64,000 nt of DNA from Acidobacteriota bacterium (GCA_965217775.1 CBDCJH010000002.1:4928001-4992000), one strand, 5' to 3'; shown: positions 50,776 to 60,878, counted from the stretch's first letter. The notes: generated by a model not told the origin, from the sequence alone. Translations and numbers: made by a program.

Positions 50776-51582
50776 ATGACAAGAACCATCGCCATTGCCA
50801 ACCAGAAAGGTGGTGTCGGCAAGACCACGACCGCTATCAACTTGGCGGCCTCACTGGCTTCCGCCGCGTGGCGCGTCCTCCTGGTTGACCTGGACCCCCA
50901 AGGAAACGCCACGTCGGGATTGGGAATCGACAAAAACGAAGACGCTCTCTTCATCTACGACATCCTCACGGGCGGCGCCGAGCCTCTCTCAGCCTTGAGG
51001 CGGACAGAGATGGAGAATCTGCATCTCCTCCCTGCCAATCGCGCTCTCGTCGGCGCCACAGTGGAGCTGCTCGACGCATCGGACCGTGAACGGCTTGTCG
51101 CCCGGGCTCTGAACCGAATTCGTTGCAACTACGACTACATCCTGATCGACTGCCCGCCGTCGCTGGGCATTCTCACTCTCAACGGCTTGGTGGCCGCCGA
51201 CTCGGTCCTCATTCCCATCCAGGCAGAATATTTTGCCCTCGAAGGGTTGTCGGACCTGATGGAGACGATTCGCCGCATCCGGGAAGGGTACAACCCCGGT
51301 CTGGAACTGGAAGGAGTCCTCCTCACCATGTACGACGAGCGCCTCATTCTCTCCTCCCAGATTCGGGCTGACGTCTGTTCTCACCTCGGCCCCCAGGTCT
51401 TCGACACCTTTATTCCCCGCAACGTCCGGCTGGCCGAATGCGCCAGCTTTGGACAACCCATTCTTCTGTATGACGCCCGCTGTAAAGGAGCCAACAGCTA
51501 CCGGAGCCTGGCCCGGGAATTGGTTGGCCGGCGCCAGCCGGGACTGGATCAGGACTCGACATCCCGTGAGGTGAACGGATGA
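50776..51582 (+). CDS. parA: Chromosome partitioning ATPase ParA/Soj
   Basis: NQKGGVGKTTT, DLDPQGNAT, IDCPPSLG, EYFALEG, PRNVRLAE. Confidence 0.97.
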   Translation: MTRTIAIANQKGGVGKTTTAINLAASLASAAWRVLLVDLDPQGNATSGLGIDKNEDALFIYDILTGGAEPLSALRRTEMENLHLLPANRALVGATVELLDASDRERLVARALNRIRCNYDYILIDCPPSLGILTLNGLVAADSVLIPIQAEYFALEGLSDLMETIRRIREGYNPGLELEGVLLTMYDERLILSSQIRADVCSHLGPQVFDTFIPRNVRLAECASFGQPILLYDARCKGANSYRSLARELVGRRQPGLDQDSTSREVNG

Positions 51583-52403
51583 AGCGAAGAGTTCTCGGAC
51601 GGGGCTTGGCCGCACTACTGCCCAGGCCCGAAACCGACTCCTTTTTCCTTCAGGTCGAATTGGATCGGATCCGGCCGAATCCTTTTCAGCCCAGAATCCG
51701 CATGGACAGCGCCAGACTGCAGGAGCTCGCCGACTCGATCACCGAAAACGGCATCCTCCAACCCATCGTGGTCCGGTCCCGTCCTGAGGGCTACGAGATT
51801 GTCGCCGGCGAACGCCGCTGGAAGGCGGCTCAACAGGCCGGTCTTTCCCGGATTCCTGCTGTCGTTCAGGACCTATCCGACGAAAAAATGGTGGAAGTCG
51901 CCGTTGTCGAGAACATCCAGCGCGACGAATTGAGCCCGATCGAGGAAGCTCACGCGTACCATATCCTGACCCAGGATTTTCGACTCACCCAGGAACAGGT
52001 GTCTCAACGCGTCGGCCGCAGCCGGTCAGCCGTCGCCAACACGCTTCGCCTGCTGCGTCTACCCAAAGCTGTGCAGGAATCCCTTCTGGACGGCAAGATC
52101 AGCATGGGACACGCCCGGGCTCTGATTCCCCTGACTCAAGCACAGCAATTGAAGTTGGCCCGCAAGATTGTGTCGGAGGACCTCTCGGTGCGGCAGGTGG
52201 AGCGCCGCGTTCAGGCGCTGCGCCGCGACCCACCCTCGCGCCCAGCTTCACTTGACCCCAACGTCAAGGCCGCGCAACGGCGGCTGCAGCGACGCTGGAA
52301 GACGAGAGTTCAGATCCGGACCCGGGGCTCAAAGGGCCAGATCGTATTCCACTTCAATTCCAGCGACGAATTGGACCGCCTGTACGAGAACCTCATGACG
52401 TAG
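51579..52403 (+). CDS. parB: Chromosome partitioning protein ParB/Spo0J
   Basis: LGRGLAAL, PNPFQPR, GERRWKA, ENIQR, GRSRSAVANTLRLL. Confidence 0.97.
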   Translation: MKRRVLGRGLAALLPRPETDSFFLQVELDRIRPNPFQPRIRMDSARLQELADSITENGILQPIVVRSRPEGYEIVAGERRWKAAQQAGLSRIPAVVQDLSDEKMVEVAVVENIQRDELSPIEEAHAYHILTQDFRLTQEQVSQRVGRSRSAVANTLRLLRLPKAVQESLLDGKISMGHARALIPLTQAQQLKLARKIVSEDLSVRQVERRVQALRRDPPSRPASLDPNVKAAQRRLQRRWKTRVQIRTRGSKGQIVFHFNSSDELDRLYENLMT

Positions 52404-52480
52404 GGGGCGACCCTTGTGTGGTCGCCCTCCCCGGACCGAACAGTGAGGGACCACAGCGGGCACCCGCAACGGGTGCCCCG
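52400..52480. repeat. GTAG-type REP doublet between convergent parB and mnmE
   Basis: GTAG-G-GGGCGACC-CTTGTGT-GGTCGCCC and a second hairpin GGGCACCCG-CAA-CGGGTGCCC. Confidence 0.7.
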
Positions 52481-52508
52481 ATGTCGCTTCGGCTTCCCTG
52501 TTCTCCCG

Positions 52509-53936
52509 CTATTTCCCGATGCAGAAAGAGCTGAAAATCTGGCCCAGCAGGTCTTCCACGGTCGTCTCGCCCGTCACCCCGCCCAGTTCGGCCAAGGCAC
52601 CCCGCAGATGGTACAGCGGAAATTCTTCGCTCAGACCGTCCCGGTAGGCATCCATTCCCGCGCCGAGCCTCTGCCGGGCACGCTGCAGACACCCCTTGTG
52701 CCGAACGTCGGTGATCACGACGCGTTCCCGCTCCCAGTCGCTGTCAGGAGCCACGGCCTCCCGGATCGCCCGCCTGAGGAGGTCCAGCCCCTGACCCGTC
52801 AAGGCCGAAACGTCGGACCTGCTTCGAGCGCCGGACTCCAATTCGGAAGGAATTCGAACGACGCCCTCCAGATCCACCTTGTTCACCACCAGCAGATAGG
52901 GCGTTTCCTCGAGCTCCGTCCAAATTCTGGCGTCCTCCGCGGAGAAGTCCCGGCTGCGATCGACCACGAACAGGGTCAGGTCCGACGCTCCGACGTAGTC
53001 CAATGATTTTCGGACACCCAGCCGCTCCACCGGGCTTCGCGCTCTTCGGATTCCAGCCGTATCCACCAGTTGCATCGGGATGCCCTCCAGGTCCACGGTC
53101 TGGTCGATGGCGTCTCTGGTAGTTCCGGGGACAGAGCTGACGATAGCCCTTTCATGTCTGCATAAAGCATTGAAAATACTAGACTTACCAGCATTTGGCC
53201 GGCCGGCGATCGTGGCTACGAAACCGTCCCTGAGAACCCGTCCGACACGAAAGGATTCCTCCAGCTCGCCGATGCGGCCGCTGATCCGCCGCAAGTCCCG
53301 TAGCAAATGGTCCCGGCTGTCGGGTTCCACGGGATCTTCGACGAATTCCAACCCCGTTTCCATGTGCGAGATGACCCGCACCAGGCGCTCCTGCACCGAG
53401 CGGAGTGCCCGGGACAACTTACCGTCCAACTGGTCCCGGGCGATGCGCGCCTGGTACGTGGTCTGGCTTCGGATCAGATCGCGGACCGCCTCTGCCTGGG
53501 CCAGATCCATCTTTCCGTTGAGAAACGCCCGCAGCGTAAACTCTCCCGGTTCAGCCAGGCGGGCGCCGGCTTCCAGGAGGCCATCCACGATCTGCGCCTC
53601 TACCGCGGGGCTTCCATGGCAGGAAATCTCCACCACGTCCTCCCCGGTGTAGGAGGCCGGTGCCGCGAAAAACGTCACCAGCACCTGGTCGATCCGATTC
53701 CCGTCTCGGTCCAGAAAGTCCGTCAAAGACGAATGCCGGGGTTTCCAAGGTCGGCGGAGGGAGGGGGGCAGCCGCCGGCCTACCAGACACCGGCTGGACG
53801 CACCGCTGACGCGAATCACCTTGATGGCTCCGCGCCCCGGGGGCGTGGCGGCCGCAACTATGGTTTCACTGTAGGGGTCTGTGGCGTCAGGGGGTTGCGT
53901 GGATGATGACGCGCCGATTGGCTCCCGTGCCTTCAC
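52509..53936 (-). CDS. mnmE: tRNA modification GTPase
   Basis: ATPPGRGA, SYTGED, GEFT.RAFLNGK, GRPNAGKSS, GTTRD, DTAG, NK.D, IFSSFCIGK. Confidence 0.97.
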   Translation of the reverse strand: MKAREPIGASSSTQPPDATDPYSETIVAAATPPGRGAIKVIRVSGASSRCLVGRRLPPSLRRPWKPRHSSLTDFLDRDGNRIDQVLVTFFAAPASYTGEDVVEISCHGSPAVEAQIVDGLLEAGARLAEPGEFTLRAFLNGKMDLAQAEAVRDLIRSQTTYQARIARDQLDGKLSRALRSVQERLVRVISHMETGLEFVEDPVEPDSRDHLLRDLRRISGRIGELEESFRVGRVLRDGFVATIAGRPNAGKSSIFNALCRHERAIVSSVPGTTRDAIDQTVDLEGIPMQLVDTAGIRRARSPVERLGVRKSLDYVGASDLTLFVVDRSRDFSAEDARIWTELEETPYLLVVNKVDLEGVVRIPSELESGARSRSDVSALTGQGLDLLRRAIREAVAPDSDWERERVVITDVRHKGCLQRARQRLGAGMDAYRDGLSEEFPLYHLRGALAELGGVTGETTVEDLLGQIFSSFCIGK

Positions 53937-54465
53937 TTTCAGTCCGAACTCCGGGCTCGTCGGCCAAGCTCAAATGAATGATTCTCCGCTCGGCCGCCGG
54001 CAGAGACTGGAACACGAACTCTCGGCCGGTGAGCCGCACCTGCTCCGCGCCCTTTCCCGCCAGCAGCCTCAACTCCCCGTCCCGATCGGTGCGGTAACCA
54101 TTGCAATCGACCCAAAAGTTACAGCCTGTCAGAGACTTGCGGTAGTAGATCTGGTTCAGAAGGTGATTCACCGCGTAGAGGAAACGGGCATTGTTGGCCA
54201 GGACCACCTCACTGTCATGTCCGCTGAGGCGAAAACCGATGATGTCGCCATCGAGACTTGATTCGAAGGAGAGGTCCAGGTCCAACTTCTCCAACAAGTT
54301 CGTCAGGAACATCTCCGAGCTGGCCAGAATCTCGCCATTGTCAACCTTTGGCTGAGCCTTCCACGGCCGTCCCGGTCCGCGACGCCCTCGAGGCCGGCGC
54401 CAGCGCTCCCGGCGACGCCCAGACTGGCCTCCGGACGGAGGTCTCCAGGGCCGGGACTCCATCAC
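53887..54465 (-). CDS. jag: Jag/EloR-like KH + R3H RNA-binding protein
   Basis: D..GYR, ERRIIH (R3H), TESEG.G..RRV; between yidC and mnmE. Confidence 0.85.
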   Translation of the reverse strand: MMESRPWRPPSGGQSGRRRERWRRPRGRRGPGRPWKAQPKVDNGEILASSEMFLTNLLEKLDLDLSFESSLDGDIIGFRLSGHDSEVVLANNARFLYAVNHLLNQIYYRKSLTGCNFWVDCNGYRTDRDGELRLLAGKGAEQVRLTGREFVFQSLPAAERRIIHLSLADEPGVRTESEGTGANRRVIIHATP

Positions 54466-56153
54466 TTCTTCCTGGTTTTCTTGGGGGAGGACTTACGCTT
54501 CGGCGCCAATTCAGGCTTCCATTTCTGCATCAAGACCTGAAACATCATAGCAAAGAGGTTGCTGAACAGAAAGTAGACCACCAAGCCGCTGGACAGGTTC
54601 AAGAAGAAGAACGTGAAGACCACCGGCAGCAGCATCATCATGCGCCTCTGCATCGGGTCCCCGGCAGCAGGCGTCATCTTCTGTTGGACCACCATGCTCG
54701 CTCCCATGACGATGGGAGTGATGTAGTACGGGTCATGCCTCGAGAGATCCTGTATCCAGCCCATGAACGGCGCGGCTCGCAATTCGATGGAGGAATCCAA
54801 CATGCGGTAAAAGGCGAAAAGGAAGGGCATCTGGATCACCAGCGGCAGACACCCGCCCAGAGGATTCACACCGTGCTGCTTGTACAGCCCCATCATTTCG
54901 GGGTTCATCTTCTGGCGTCTGGGGTCGGTCCGTTTCATCCTCTTGTACCGATCCTGGATGGAGCGGATCTTGGGTTGAAGCTCGGACATCTTCTTCATGG
55001 ACGCGATCTGCTTGTAGCGCAGGGGGAAAAGAGCCAGATTGATGAGGAAGGTGAGAATGATGATGGAGACGCCGTAATTGCCCACATAGGCATAGGTCAG
55101 CTTCAGGCAATAGAGCAGGGGCCTCACCAGAAGATCGAACCAGCCGTAGTCGACGATGTCGCTCAAAAAGGGGTCGGCAAGAGCCAGTTCCTCTTGATCC
55201 TTGGGCCCCAGAAACAAGCTGTACCGGGCCGTGCCCCTGAACTCGGCTTCTCCCAGCACCAGCGGCGCCTCGTCCGACTCGCCGCCAGCTCCACCCGGCC
55301 CCGAGACCGCCGACAGGCGCGCCGCGCGGATCTCGTCGGGCGCGATCACGACGCTGGCAAAATACTTGCTGTCGACCGCCACCCAGCGAGCAGACGTCTC
55401 GATCCGGTGGGCTCCCTCGGCCAGATCCGAAGCATCGTACTTTTCCATCGAGCCCGCCGCGTAGTAGGCAACGCCGGGCCACCAAAAATCCGTAGAAGTG
55501 CCTCCCTCCGGGTCCGCCCGTCCGATGCCCGGCCCCAGCAGGACCGAATAAGCGGCTGGTCTTCCGCCGAGCTCGACCCGCGTCCGGACCTCCAACAGAT
55601 GACCCGATTGAGGAATGGTGATCTCCTCTTCAACCAGCAGACCCTGGTTCCGATAACTGAACGCAATCTGCGCAGGCGCCTGCACCGTGCCGGCCGCCCC
55701 TCCCGTGACCTCGAACGGCGAGGTGGCCAGTTCCCGGTCCAACTCTTCATCGTCCAGGCGCAGTTGCATGGGTCTGGGAAGGGTCTCGGAGAGGCCCTGC
55801 ACCAACAGTTCCACCGGTTCGCCGGACTCATCCGCGTATCGTTTGAGGCGCACGCTCTCCAAGCGGGCACCGGTGCTGCTCCAAGTCAGCACCATATCGT
55901 CGTTCTCGACCTGAATCTTGCGATCCCGCCCCCGGGTTGGGCTCAAGGGCTCGCTGCTTCCGCGACTCGCTTGGGAAATGCGCTCCTGGTAGGGCTCGGA
56001 TTCGACGCGTTTTTCCTCGACCCGCGGCTCCTCAGGAGTCTCCACGGCCACCGGAGCCGGGGTTGGCCCAAGCCACTGGTAAAGGAAGGGAATCAACAGC
56101 AGAACGGCCATGGAAAGAAGCATCGCCATAAGGAGGCGCTTTTCCATGTCCAT
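54462..56153 (-). CDS. yidC: Membrane protein insertase
   Basis: MEKRLL, GPK, VDYGWF, NYGVSII, GGCLP.VIQMP, WIQDLS..DPYY. Confidence 0.96.
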   Translation of the reverse strand: MDMEKRLLMAMLLSMAVLLLIPFLYQWLGPTPAPVAVETPEEPRVEEKRVESEPYQERISQASRGSSEPLSPTRGRDRKIQVENDDMVLTWSSTGARLESVRLKRYADESGEPVELLVQGLSETLPRPMQLRLDDEELDRELATSPFEVTGGAAGTVQAPAQIAFSYRNQGLLVEEEITIPQSGHLLEVRTRVELGGRPAAYSVLLGPGIGRADPEGGTSTDFWWPGVAYYAAGSMEKYDASDLAEGAHRIETSARWVAVDSKYFASVVIAPDEIRAARLSAVSGPGGAGGESDEAPLVLGEAEFRGTARYSLFLGPKDQEELALADPFLSDIVDYGWFDLLVRPLLYCLKLTYAYVGNYGVSIIILTFLINLALFPLRYKQIASMKKMSELQPKIRSIQDRYKRMKRTDPRRQKMNPEMMGLYKQHGVNPLGGCLPLVIQMPFLFAFYRMLDSSIELRAAPFMGWIQDLSRHDPYYITPIVMGASMVVQQKMTPAAGDPMQRRMMMLLPVVFTFFFLNLSSGLVVYFLFSNLFAMMFQVLMQKWKPELAPKRKSSPKKTRKK

Positions 56154-56226
56154 CTGTTCCGGTCCTTGACCACCCAGCATCGTCTACTACAATCCACGAA
56201 TCGCGGCTCTCGCGACCAGATCTCCC

Positions 56227-56394
56227 GCCCGCATTTCTCGCCAGGGGGCGCGATGGCCGCGCAGGATTTTCGCCCTCAGCGAGGGCGTGCCCAGGACAGT
56301 CGGTCCCCGAGAGATCTTGGCAATAGTCGCGTAAATGCTTAACAACATACTCTTTTCAGAATAAGCATAGCGGCTTGGTGTGAAATGCGGGCTA
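56227..56394. mobile_element. MITE-like element, family 2 (copy c, opposite orientation)
   Basis: GCCCGCATTTCTCGCC ... GGTGTGAAATGCGGGCTA; internal CAGTCGGTCCC and CGCGTA; overlaps the yidD stop. Confidence 0.8.
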
Positions 56395-56601
56395 CGGAAG
56401 AGGATCGAACCCTCCGGCATGCCAAGGGTGACAACAGGCCACTCGCCTGAGCCCGAGCAGGATTCCCCTGAGCACTCCCTTTTTCTGAATCGCTTGGCGC
56501 ATGTACTCCGAACAGGAGGGGTGAAACCGACAGGACGGGGGTAACAAAGGAGACACGAACTTCTGATACGAACGCAGACACCCGGTCAGGAACCGTCTCA
56601 C
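56392..56601 (-). CDS. yidD: Membrane protein insertion efficiency factor
   Basis: YQ..VSPLLPPSCRFHPSCSEY, R..CCHPW..GG.DP; GTGA overlap with rnpA. Confidence 0.93.
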   Translation of the reverse strand: MRRFLTGCLRSYQKFVSPLLPPSCRFHPSCSEYMRQAIQKKGVLRGILLGLRRVACCHPWHAGGFDPLP

Positions 56602-56957
56602 GACCCCTGCATCCTTCTCTTCCAGCGTGAAACCACTCGAAGAAACTCTCCTTGAAGTTCCTGGAACGTTGCCACCGCGGCGCAACGCCGAACGTTGACC
56701 ACTACATCGGAGCAGGGAAGGATCCCCTGCTTGTTCCTGCGGAAGCCTTCCCGCAGGCGCCGCCGGATGCGGTTCCTCACGACCGGCCGTCCCATCTTCC
56801 GCGACGCGGCGATCCCCAACCGGCTGAACTGCCGCCCGTTCTCCCGGAAGTAGAGGACGAAGTAGGGCGTGAAGACCTTGTACCCTTCCCGGTAAACGGC
56901 CAGAAATTCTTTCCGCGTGTGCAGGCGCTCTTCCCAGGAGAAACCGAACTGTTTCAC
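56598..56957 (-). CDS. rnpA: Ribonuclease P protein component
   Basis: [19 protein letters not shown] (RNR motif). Confidence 0.95.
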   Translation of the reverse strand: MKQFGFSWEERLHTRKEFLAVYREGYKVFTPYFVLYFRENGRQFSRLGIAASRKMGRPVVRNRIRRRLREGFRRNKQGILPCSDVVVNVRRCAAVATFQELQGEFLRVVSRWKRRMQGS

Positions 56958-57094
56958 CCGCTCACCGAAAGCATCGTCCGCTTTTTGGCTCGCCTCCGCC
57001 TCAGAATCGCCCGCCCCGCCGGCGACGCCATGCGCGCCCGGAACCCATGATTCTTTTTTCGGCGGCGATTATTCGGTTGAAAAGTTCGCTTCAT
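56954..57094 (-). CDS. rpmH: 50S ribosomal protein L34
   Basis: [33 protein letters not shown]. Confidence 0.97.
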   Translation of the reverse strand: MKRTFQPNNRRRKKNHGFRARMASPAGRAILRRRRAKKRTMLSVSG

Positions 57095-57210
57095 CTCCGT
57101 CTCCGCCCGTATTGAAAGGAACCAGATGCTATCAATTTCGGGTGCCGGGTTCAACTCGCCCCGCCACCTCCCGGCTCACATCTCTCCCCTCATGTCAGCT
57201 ACGGGCACGG

Positions 57211-58080
57211 CTACATTCCCTTCTTTTCATGAGTCGCATCCCTGCGGTAACAACCCAGCACGGTCAGGAACTCCGTCAATTCACCGAGGTGGCTCAACGC
57301 GTTGCGCACCCGCGTCTCACCGGTATTCCCGAGAAAGTCGAGGTAGAACAGGTACTCCCAGGGACGGCCGTGGATGGGGCGGGATTCGATCTTCGTGAGG
57401 TCGAGGTCCCTCAGCGCGAAGACGCTCAGACACTTGAAGAGCGCTCCTGCGGCGTTCTTGAAACTGAAGACGATGGAGGTCTTGTCCGCGCCTTCCGGTA
57501 CCGGGGATTTGCTCGAGAGCAGAAAGAAACGGGTGAAATTCTCCTCTCTGTCCTCGATCCGCTCCATCAGGACTTTCGCGCCATAAAATCGGGCGGCATT
57601 CTTGCTGGCGATGGCGGCATGGTCCCAGAGGCCTTCTTCTACGATTTCTTTGACGCTTCCGGAAGTATCGTAGCCGGTTTCCCGCACCAAGTGCGGATGC
57701 CGCCTGAAGAACAGCTCGCACTGATCCAGCGCCACCGGATGAGAACGGACCGTTTTCACGTCCTCGAAGGCACCTCCGGCCAGCGTGATCAGGCTGTGCT
57801 CAACGGGCAGATTCGTCTCCTGTCGAATTCTCAATCCGTGACGAACCAGAAGATCGTAGTTCCGGTGAATCGATCCGGCCAGAGAATTCTCGATGGGGAT
57901 GACAGAAGAGCCGCATTCTCCCTGGGACGTGCGCAGAAAGACCTCGTCAAACGTCCGGCAACAGAGAAACTCCAGCGGCCCCGGGACCATCCGGATGGCC
58001 GCCTGCTCGCTGAACGATCCGCGTTCTCCCTGAATGGCGACTCGGGTCGCCTTTCCCCTATCCTGCAGATCCGCGTCCAA
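57211..58080 (-). CDS. pheA: Prephenate dehydratase with ACT domain
   Basis: QGE.GSFSE, PIENS..GS, SHP.AL.QC, N.TRF, LTKIESRP; TTG start after GGAGG. Confidence 0.94.
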   Translation of the reverse strand: MDADLQDRGKATRVAIQGERGSFSEQAAIRMVPGPLEFLCCRTFDEVFLRTSQGECGSSVIPIENSLAGSIHRNYDLLVRHGLRIRQETNLPVEHSLITLAGGAFEDVKTVRSHPVALDQCELFFRRHPHLVRETGYDTSGSVKEIVEEGLWDHAAIASKNAARFYGAKVLMERIEDREENFTRFFLLSSKSPVPEGADKTSIVFSFKNAAGALFKCLSVFALRDLDLTKIESRPIHGRPWEYLFYLDFLGNTGETRVRNALSHLGELTEFLTVLGCYRRDATHEKKGM

Positions 58081-58131
58081 CCGGAACCTCCATTTCTGCT
58101 CTCGTCCACCGACTATCCCAGAGCCATCCGG

Positions 58132-58227
58132 CGGAGGCACATGGGAATCGAACCCACCGGCCCCGGCTCTCGCCGCGGCCCGACTGATTTTGAAGACCAG
58201 GCCCGTCACCAGACGAGAAGTGCCTCC
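58132..58227 (-). tRNA. selC: tRNA-Sec (anticodon UCA)
   Basis: 8-bp acceptor GGAGGCAC/GTGCCTCC, 6-bp D-stem with TGGT loop, CT-TCA-AA anticodon loop, long variable arm, 5-bp T-stem, G73. Confidence 0.95.
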
Positions 58228-58239
58228 GTGCCGTCATTT

Positions 58240-58385
58240 TACCCGCATTTCTCGCCGGGGAGCGTAACGATCGCGCGCCCAGCGCAGTCTGTGCACCGGA
58301 ATAATTCCACAGAAAACGTGTAAATACCCGAAGCTTCTATCCTTTTCGTCAAATTCTCAGCGACCCGGCGAGAAATGCGGGTTTA
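58240..58385. mobile_element. MITE-like element, family 2 (copy d)
   Basis: TACCCGCATTTCTCGCCGGG ... CCCGGCGAGAAATGCGGGTT, a perfect 19-bp inverted repeat. Confidence 0.82.
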
Positions 58386-58438
58386 GCATTCAAAATGCTC
58401 TTTTCCGGCCGGCCGCCGGCTGCTACCATCACGCTGGA

Positions 58439-59605
58439 ATGGCCAAGACGCGGGAACGGCGCCGGCCGAAGTCCATGCAATCACTCTGCCGCAGCGCCGC
58501 ACGCTTACGCGACCAAGTCAAGGGCCGGACCATCAGTTTTTCTCCCAAAGTCTTCATTCCCCTGACCCGCCTCTGCCGCGACCGTTGCGGCTACTGTGCC
58601 TTCCGGCAGGATCCCAATGATGAGTTCCCACCCTACATGACCCCGGCCCAGGTTCTCACCGTCGTTCGGCGGGGAGAAGAACTGGGCTGCCGCGAGGCCC
58701 TTTTCGTTTTGGGCGATCGCCCTGAGCGCAGCTACCCGCGAGCGCGCCGCTGGCTGCGTCAGCACGGATACGACAGCACCATCGAGTATCTCTACGACAT
58801 GTGTTCTCTGGTTCTGGAGGAGACCCGCCTCTTCCCGCACAGCAATCCCGGCATCCTCACTCGGCGCGAGTTGGCGGCCCTGAAGCAGGTCAACGTCTCC
58901 ATGGGCCTGATGCTGGAAAGCACGAGCCGTCGACTCTCCGAACCGGGAGGGCCGCATTATCGGAATCCAACCAAGGATCCCCGGCTTCGCCTCCGAGTGC
59001 TTCAGGACGCCGGCGAGCTGAAGATCCCTTTTACAACCGGCCTCCTCGTCGGAATCGGGGAAACCTTCCGGGAACGGATCGATTCCCTTCACCAGCTCCG
59101 GCGTCTCCAGAGCCGATACGGCCACCTGCAGGAGTTCATCATCCAGAACTTCGTCCCCAAGCCGGGAACTCCCATGGAGGCAGTGCCGGGTGCAACCGGC
59201 CGGCAGATGATGGAAACCATCTCACACGCCCGTCTGATCCTGGGCGGCTCAGCCAACCTGCAGGCGCCCCCCAATCTCTCGGCCCACAACCTTCGCTATC
59301 TGAATTACCTGGATGCCGGAATCAACGACTGGGGCGGCATTTCTCCGCTGACCGTCGACTTCGTGAATCCGGAGGCGCCCTGGCCCCGATTTTCCGACCT
59401 GGCCCGCCAGACCGAATCGCGGGGCTTCCGGCTCAAAGCCCGCTATCCCGTCTATCCCGAATACATTCGAGGCCCTGCTTCATTCCTGCCCTCATCTCTG
59501 CGCTCCCGATTGCGATCCGAGGCGGACCCGGACGGGTATTTGCCGGTCGTCTTCTCCCGGGCGCATACCCCAGTTTCAGTCGGGGAGGTCACCGGTGCCA
59601 ACTGA
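58439..59605 (+). CDS. cofG: FO synthase subunit CofG (radical SAM)
   Basis: SPKVFIPLTRLCRDRCGYC, EALF..G.RPE, PH.NPG, SMGLMLE, PFTTG.LVGIGE, Q.PPNL, D.GG.SP.T.D.VNPE..WP. Confidence 0.93.
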   Translation: MAKTRERRRPKSMQSLCRSAARLRDQVKGRTISFSPKVFIPLTRLCRDRCGYCAFRQDPNDEFPPYMTPAQVLTVVRRGEELGCREALFVLGDRPERSYPRARRWLRQHGYDSTIEYLYDMCSLVLEETRLFPHSNPGILTRRELAALKQVNVSMGLMLESTSRRLSEPGGPHYRNPTKDPRLRLRVLQDAGELKIPFTTGLLVGIGETFRERIDSLHQLRRLQSRYGHLQEFIIQNFVPKPGTPMEAVPGATGRQMMETISHARLILGGSANLQAPPNLSAHNLRYLNYLDAGINDWGGISPLTVDFVNPEAPWPRFSDLARQTESRGFRLKARYPVYPEYIRGPASFLPSSLRSRLRSEADPDGYLPVVFSRAHTPVSVGEVTGAN

Positions 59606-60878
59606 TCCGGAGCGGGCGCTGAGCGGCGTTCGAATCGACGTCGCCCGTATCTTGGGCAACTCCCTGGAGGGGCGCGATCTGGCGGTTCCCGACATGGTCC
59701 GGCTGTTGGAGTGCCAGGGACCCGAGTTTCTCGCCCTGCTGCAAGCCGCCGACTCTCTGAGGCGCCGTTCCGTCGGCGATCAGGTGACCTATGTGGTCAA
59801 CCGAAACATCAATTTCACGAACGTTTGCGCCAAGAAATGCAGCTTTTGCGCCTTTAGCCGAACCTACCGCAGCGACGAAGGCTATTTGCTGCCCGTGTCT
59901 GAAATCGTTCGCCGGGCCCGGGAGGCGCGGCAATTCGGCGCGACGGAGGTCTGCATCCAGGCCGGCCTGCCTCCTGCCATGCCGGGAGACCTCTACATTC
60001 GAATCTGCCAAGCCGTGACCGACGCTCTTCCGGGCCTGCACGTCCACGCCTTTTCGCCGGAGGAGATCCTTTACGGCTCCCAGCGTTCCGGGATAGGGGT
60101 TCGAGATTACCTGGCGGAACTCCTCGACGCGGGAATCGGCAGCCTGCCCGGCACATCGGCCGAAATCCTGGACGACGATCTCCGCAACCTGATCTCGCCC
60201 GGACGCATCAGCAGCGGGGAATGGACCCGAATCATCTCGACGGCCCACTCCCTGGGCATCCGGACCTCCTCCACCATGATGTTCGGTCACCTCGAAACAC
60301 CGGTGCACATCGCAAGGCACCTGGCACACCTGAGAACCATCCAGCGCCAGACCGGCGGCTTCACCGAGTTCGTTCCCTTGGGCTTCGTCCATACCGAGAC
60401 ACCCCTGTTCCAGAGCCAGCGGCTGCCGAATCTCCGGCCCGGGCCCACGGGTTGGGAGGTTCTGAAGGTTCACGCCGTCTCCCGGCTGGCCCTGGACAAG
60501 GATATCCCCAACCTTCAGGTCTCCTGGGTCAAGGAAGGGATGAAGCTGGCTCAACTCTGCCTGGCAGCGGGTGGAAACGACCTGGGGGGCACGCTGATCA
60601 ACGAGAGTATCTCCACCGCCGCCGGGGCCGGCCACGGACAATTGGTGACCCCGGAAGAGCTGCATCGCCTGATTCGCGATGCGGGCAGAGTCCCGGCGGA
60701 ACGGAACACGCTCTACGGGACCCTGCGCGCCTTCACCGGCAGCGACGAAGACGGGACTCACCCTCTGGACTCCCTGCGGCCCGGCGACCGGAACCGTTTC
60801 GGCTCCTACGCCCAGTTGACCGGGTCGCGGCGGTTTCGCTTCAATCCGGGCGCAGCCCGGAGACATTCCCCGGATTGA
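59595..60878 (+). CDS. cofH: FO synthase subunit CofH (radical SAM)
   Basis: TYVVNRNINFTNVC...CSFCAF, TEVCIQ.G, HAFSPEE, PGTSAEIL, EFVPL.F, SWVK.G, GGTLINESI; adjacent to cofG. Confidence 0.92.
   Translation: MPTDPERALSGVRIDVARILGNSLEGRDLAVPDMVRLLECQGPEFLALLQAADSLRRRSVGDQVTYVVNRNINFTNVCAKKCSFCAFSRTYRSDEGYLLPVSEIVRRAREARQFGATEVCIQAGLPPAMPGDLYIRICQAVTDALPGLHVHAFSPEEILYGSQRSGIGVRDYLAELLDAGIGSLPGTSAEILDDDLRNLISPGRISSGEWTRIISTAHSLGIRTSSTMMFGHLETPVHIARHLAHLRTIQRQTGGFTEFVPLGFVHTETPLFQSQRLPNLRPGPTGWEVLKVHAVSRLALDKDIPNLQVSWVKEGMKLAQLCLAAGGNDLGGTLINESISTAAGAGHGQLVTPEELHRLIRDAGRVPAERNTLYGTLRAFTGSDEDGTHPLDSLRPGDRNRFGSYAQLTGSRRFRFNPGAARRHSPD

Noticed and set aside
58081-58209. N-terminal extension of PheA
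   Set aside because: Overlaps tRNA-Sec; GGAGG-N6-TTG at 58080 is the better start.
57095-58438. oriC / DnaA-box cluster upstream of rpmH
   Set aside because: No TTATCCACA cluster seen; the only near match (AATTCCACA, ~58303) is inside a MITE; dnaA is absent.
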